A DNA stretch of 25,906 bases. Source: Azolla caroliniana. Taxonomy: Eukaryota; Plantae; Polypodiophyta. Shown here piece after piece: positions 21,501 to 25,906 of the stretch. The notes beneath the pieces are model-generated. The model was not told where the DNA came from. It saw only the letters and a program-made list of their open reading frames with translations, and searched no databases. The DNA is taken from assembly GCA_043228905.1 (NCBI GenBank), contig JBHGNT010000433.1:1-25906 (forward strand), in the 5' to 3' direction. The translations under genes and the position numbers were made by a program. Position 1 is the first letter of the stretch. Every line of letters begins with the position of its first letter.

Positions 21501-24500
21501 TTAAGAAATCGAGATTTTGAAACTCAGGTCGAGAGACATGAAGAAATTACCAAATTTGAAGAGGGAGTTGAGAAGAGCGCGTCAGTAAATTAAAATGTTC
21601 ATACCTGGCTCGTGTGATCCCGGATTTCTGTGTTAAAACATCCGAATGGAAGCTAACAATGCTAGCTATGATATAGAATTAAGAAATCAAGATTTTGAAG
21701 CTCAGGTCAAGAGACATGAAGAAATTACCAAATTTGACGAGGGAGTTGAAAAGAGCGCGTGAGTAAATTAAAATGTTTATACCTGGCTCGTGTGGTCCCG
21801 GATTTCTGTGTTCAAAGATGTGAATCGAAGCTCACAACGCTACCTATAATATGGAATTAAGAAATCGAGATTTTGAAACTCAGGTCGAGAGACATGAAGA
21901 AATTACCAAATTTGAAGAGGGAGTTGAGAAGAGCGCGTGAGTAAATTAAAATCCTCATACCTGGCTCGTGTGATATCGGATTTTTGTGTTCAAAGATGTG
22001 AATCGAAGCTAACAACGCTACCTATAATATGGAATTAAGAAATCGAGATTTTGAAGCTCAGGTCAAGAGACATGAAGAAATTACCAAATTTGACGAGGGA
22101 GTTGAAAAGAGCGCGTGAGTAAATTAAAATGTTCATACCTGGCTCGTGTGATATCGGATTTTAGTGTTCAAAGATGCGAATCGAAGCTAATAACGCTACC
22201 TATAATATGGAATTAAAAAATCGAGATTTTGAAACTCAGATCGAGAGACATGAAGAAATTATCAAATTTGAAGAGGGAGTTGAGAAGAGCGCGTGAGTAA
22301 ATTAAAATCCTCATACCTGGCTCGTGTGATATCGGATTTTTATGTTCAAACACGCGATTCGAACCTAACAATGCCACCTATGAGATGGAATTAAAAAACG
22401 AAGATTTTGAAACTCAGGTCGAGAGACATGAAGAAATTACCAAATTTGAGGAGGGAGTTGAGAAGAGCGCGTGAGTAAATTAAAATGTTCATACCTGGCT
22501 CGTGTGATCCCGGATTTTTGTGTTAAAACATCCGAATGGAAGCTAACAATGCTAGCTATGATATAGAATTAAAAAATCAAGATTTTGAAGCTTAGGTCAA
22601 GAGACATGAAGAAATTACCAAATTTGACGAGGGAGTTGAAAAGAGCGCGTGAGTAAATTAAAATGTTTATACCTGGCTCGTGTGGTCCCGGATTTCTGTG
22701 TTCAAAGATGTGAATCGAAGCTCACAACGCTACCTATAATATGGAATTAAGAAATCGAGATTTTGAAACTCAGGTCGAGAGACATGAAGAAATTACCAAA
22801 TTTGAAGAGGGAGTTGAAAAGAGCGCGTGAGTAAATTAAAATCCTCATACCTGGCTCGTGTGATATCGGATTTTTGTGTTCAAAGATGTGAATCGAAGCT
22901 AACAACGCTACCTATAATATGGAATTAAGAAATCGAGATTTTGAAACTCAGGTCGAGAGACATGAAGAAATTACCAAATTTGAAGAGGGAGTTGAGAAAA
23001 GCGCGTGAGTAAATTAAATTGCTCATACCTGGCTCGTGTGATATCGGATTCTTGTGTTCAAACATGCGATTCGAAGCTAACAATGCTACCTATGAGATAG
23101 AATTAAAAAACGAAGATTTTGAAACTCATGTCGAGAGACATGAAGAAATTACCAAATTTGACGAGGGAGTTGAAAAGAGCGCGTGAGTAAATTAAAATGT
23201 TCATACCATGCTCGTGTCATATCGGATTTTAGTGTTCAAAGATGCGAATCGAAGCTAATAACGCTACCTATAATATGGAATTAAAAAATCGAGATTTTGA
23301 AACTCAAGTCGAGAGACATGAAGAAATTACCAAATTTGAGGAGGGAGTTGAGAAGAGCGGGTGAGTAAATTAAAATGTTCATACCTGGCTCGTGTAATCC
23401 CGGATTTCTGTGTTCAAAGATGTGAATCGAAGCTAACAATGCTACCTATAATATGGAATTAAGAAATCGAGATTTTGAAACTCAGGTCGAGAGACATGAA
23501 GAAATTGGCAAGTTAGAAGAGGGAGTTGAGAAGAGCGCGTGAGTAAATTAAAATGTTCATACCTGGCTCGTGTGATCCCAGATTTTTGTGTTCAAACATG
23601 CGATTCGAAGCTAACAACACTAGCTATGATATAGAATTAAAAAATCAAGATTTTGAAACTCAGGTCGAGAGACATGAAGAAATTACCAAATTTGACGAGG
23701 GAGTTGAGAAGAGCGCGTGAGTAAATTAAAATGTTCATACCTGGCTCGTGTGATATCTGATTTCTATATTCAAACATGCGAATCGAAGCTAACAACGCTA
23801 CCTATGATATAGAATTAAAAAATCAAGATTTTGAAACTCAGGTCGAGAGACATGAAGAAATTACCAAATTTGAGGAGGGAGTTGAGAAGAGCACGTGAGT
23901 AAATTAAAATGTTCATACCTGGCTCGTGTGATATCGGATTTTAGTGTTCAAAGATGCGAATCGAAGCTAACAACACTAGCTATGATATAGAATCAAAAAA
24001 TCAATATTTTGAAACTCAGGTCGAGGGACATGAAGAAATTACCAAATTTGACGAGGGAGTTGAGAAGAGCGCGTGAGTAAATTAAAATGCTCATACCTGG
24101 CTCGTGTGATATCGGATTTTTATGTTCAAACATGCGATTCAAAGCTAACAATGCTACCTATTAGATGGAATTAAAAAACGAAGATTTTGAAACTCAGGTC
24201 GAGAGACATGAAGAAATTACCAAATTTGAGGAGGGAGTTGAGAAGAGCACGTGAGTAAATTAAAATGTTCATACCTGGCTCGTGTGATGACGGATATTTG
24301 TGTTCAAACATGCGATTCGAAGCTAACAATGCTACCTATGAGATGGAATTAAAAAACGAAGATTTTGAAACTCAGGTCGAGAGACATGAAGACATTACCA
24401 AATTTGAGGAGGGAGTTGAGAAGAGCGCGTGAGTAAATTAAATAGTTCATACCTGGGTCGTGTGATCCTAGTATTTTGTGTTAAAACATGCGAATGGAAG

Positions 24501-25906
24501 CTAACAATGCTAGCTATGATATAGAATTAAAAAATCAAGATTTTGAAACTCAGGTCGAGAGACATGAAGAAATTACCAAATTTGACGAGGGAGTTGAGAA
24601 GAGCGCGTGAGTAAATTAAAATGTTCATACCTGGCTCGTGTGATCCCGGATTTTTGTGTTCAAACATGCGAATGGAAGCTAACAATGCTAGCTATGATAT
24701 AGAATTAAAAAATCAAGATTTTGAAGCTCAGGTCAAGAGACATGAAGAAATTACCAAATTTGACGAGGGAGTTGAAAAGAGCGCGTGAGTAAATTAAAAT
24801 GTTCATACCTGGCTCGTGTGATATCGGATTTTAGTGTTCAAAGATGCGAATCGAAGCTAATAACGCTACCTATAATATGGAATTAAAAAATCGAGATTTT
24901 GAAACTCAGGTCGAGAGACATGAAGAAATTACCAAATTTGAAGAGGGAGTTGAGAAGAGCGCGTGAGTAAATTAAAATGTTCATACCTGGCTCGTGTGAT
25001 CCCGGTATTTTGTGTTAAAACATGCGAATGGAAGCTAACAATGCCAGCTATGATATAGAATTAAAAAATCAAGATTTTGAAGCTTAGGTCAAGAGACATG
25101 AAGAAATTACGAAATATGACGACGGAGTTGAGAAGAGCGCGTGAGTAAATTAAAATGTTCATACCTGGCTCGTGTGATATCGGATATTAGTGTTCAAAGA
25201 TGCGAATCGAAGCTAATAATGCTACCTATGATATGGAATTAAAAAATCGAGATTTTGAAACTCAGGTCGAGAGACATGAAGAAATTACCAAATTTGAGGA
25301 GGGAGTTGAGAAGAGCGCGTGAGTAAATTAAAATGTTCATACCTGGCTCGTGTGATCCCGGATTTCTGTGTTCAAAGATGTGAATCGAAGCTAACAACGC
25401 TACCTATAATATGGAATTAAGAAATCGAGATTTTGAAACTCAGGTCGAGAGACATGAAGATATTACCAAATTTGAAGGGGGAGTTGAGAAGAGCGCGTGA
25501 GTAAATTAAAATGTTCATACCTGGATCGTGTGATCCCGGATTTTTGTGTTAAAACATCCGAATGGAAGCTAACAATGCTAGCTATGATATAGAATTAAAA
25601 AATCAAGATTTTGAAGCTCAGGTCAAGAGACATGAAGAAATTACCAAATTTGACGAGGGAGTTGAAAAGAGCGCGTGAGTAAATTAAAATGTTTATACCT
25701 GGCTCGTGTGGTCCCGGATTTCTGTGTTCAAAGATGTGAATCGAAGCTAACAACGCTACCTATAATATGGAATTAAGAAATCGAGATTTTGAAACTCAGA
25801 TCGAGAGACATGAAGAAATTACCAAATTTGAAGAGGGAGTTGAGAAGAGCGCGTGAGTAAATTAAAATCCTCATACCTGGCTCGTGTAATATCGGATTTT
25901 TGTGTT
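18422..25906. repeat. Diverged satellite domain without a stable HOR; local 3-, 5- and 7-monomer relationships
   Basis: 41 monomers of exactly 178 bp (18557 + 41x178 = 25855), mostly of the A/B/C/E families, with many singleton substitutions. Confidence 0.85.

Larger units (their letters stand above)
1..25906. repeat. Tandem satellite DNA array, 178-bp monomer (178/179), about 145 copies head-to-tail; centromeric/pericentromeric-type, family unassigned
   Basis: The anchor GAGTAAATTAAAATG recurs at 85, 263, 441, 619, 797, 975, 1154, 1332 ... 25677, 25855. Spacing is 178 or 179 bp throughout, except 154 and 135 bp at 18268-18556. No non-satellite sequence or inversion seen. The centromeric role is inferred only from length and HOR organisation. 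Confidence 0.98.

Noticed and set aside
85-25906. CRISPR-like reading: conserved 36-bp GAGTAAATTAAAATGTTCATACCTGGCTCGTGTGAT separated by variable sequence
   Set aside because: The intervening 142-bp segments are all homologous to each other rather than unique spacers. They are too long for spacers, and there are no cas genes or leader.
1-25906. Identification as Arabidopsis CEN178, Brassica CentBr or primate alpha-satellite, or presence of a CENP-B box
   Set aside because: Length is similar, but the sequence does not match those consensuses as I recall them, and no TTCG....A..CGGG motif was seen. A database search is needed; taxon left unassigned.
1-25906. Embedded transposon/LTR insertion, inversion, telomeric repeat, tRNA or 5S-derived unit
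   Set aside because: Anchor spacing accounts for every base and orientation is constant. I saw no telomeric motif, cloverleaf or recognisable Pol III internal promoter.

Overview
The whole 25,906-bp window is one uninterrupted, single-orientation tandem satellite array with a 178-bp monomer (some variants are 179 bp): about 145 monomers plus two partials. A hand count of one monomer (1510-1687) gives A66 T47 G42 C23, about 36.5% GC. I find no credible gene, RNA gene, transposon or CRISPR array. The nine 79-aa ORFs are a by-product of one recurring monomer pair. The monomer length and organisation resemble eukaryotic centromeric or pericentromeric satellite DNA, but I cannot assign the family or species. 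The informative signal is the order of monomer variants. Phasing monomers at GAGTAAATTAAAATG and typing them by diagnostic substitutions gives three zones. (i) 1-440 is a divergent flank. (ii) 441-18421 is a near-homogeneous block of nested higher-order repeats (HORs) in the order 15,11,15,11*,8,15,11*,8,8(truncated), and contains a 34-monomer (6061-bp) tandem duplication. (iii) 18422-25906 is a more diverged domain with no stable HOR, and begins right at two adjacent deletions (24 and 43 bp). The two flanks share rare alleles that I did not see in the central block, which suggests a young expansion inside an older layer. I do not see evidence for a new protein- or RNA-based system. All comparisons were made by eye and need computational confirmation.
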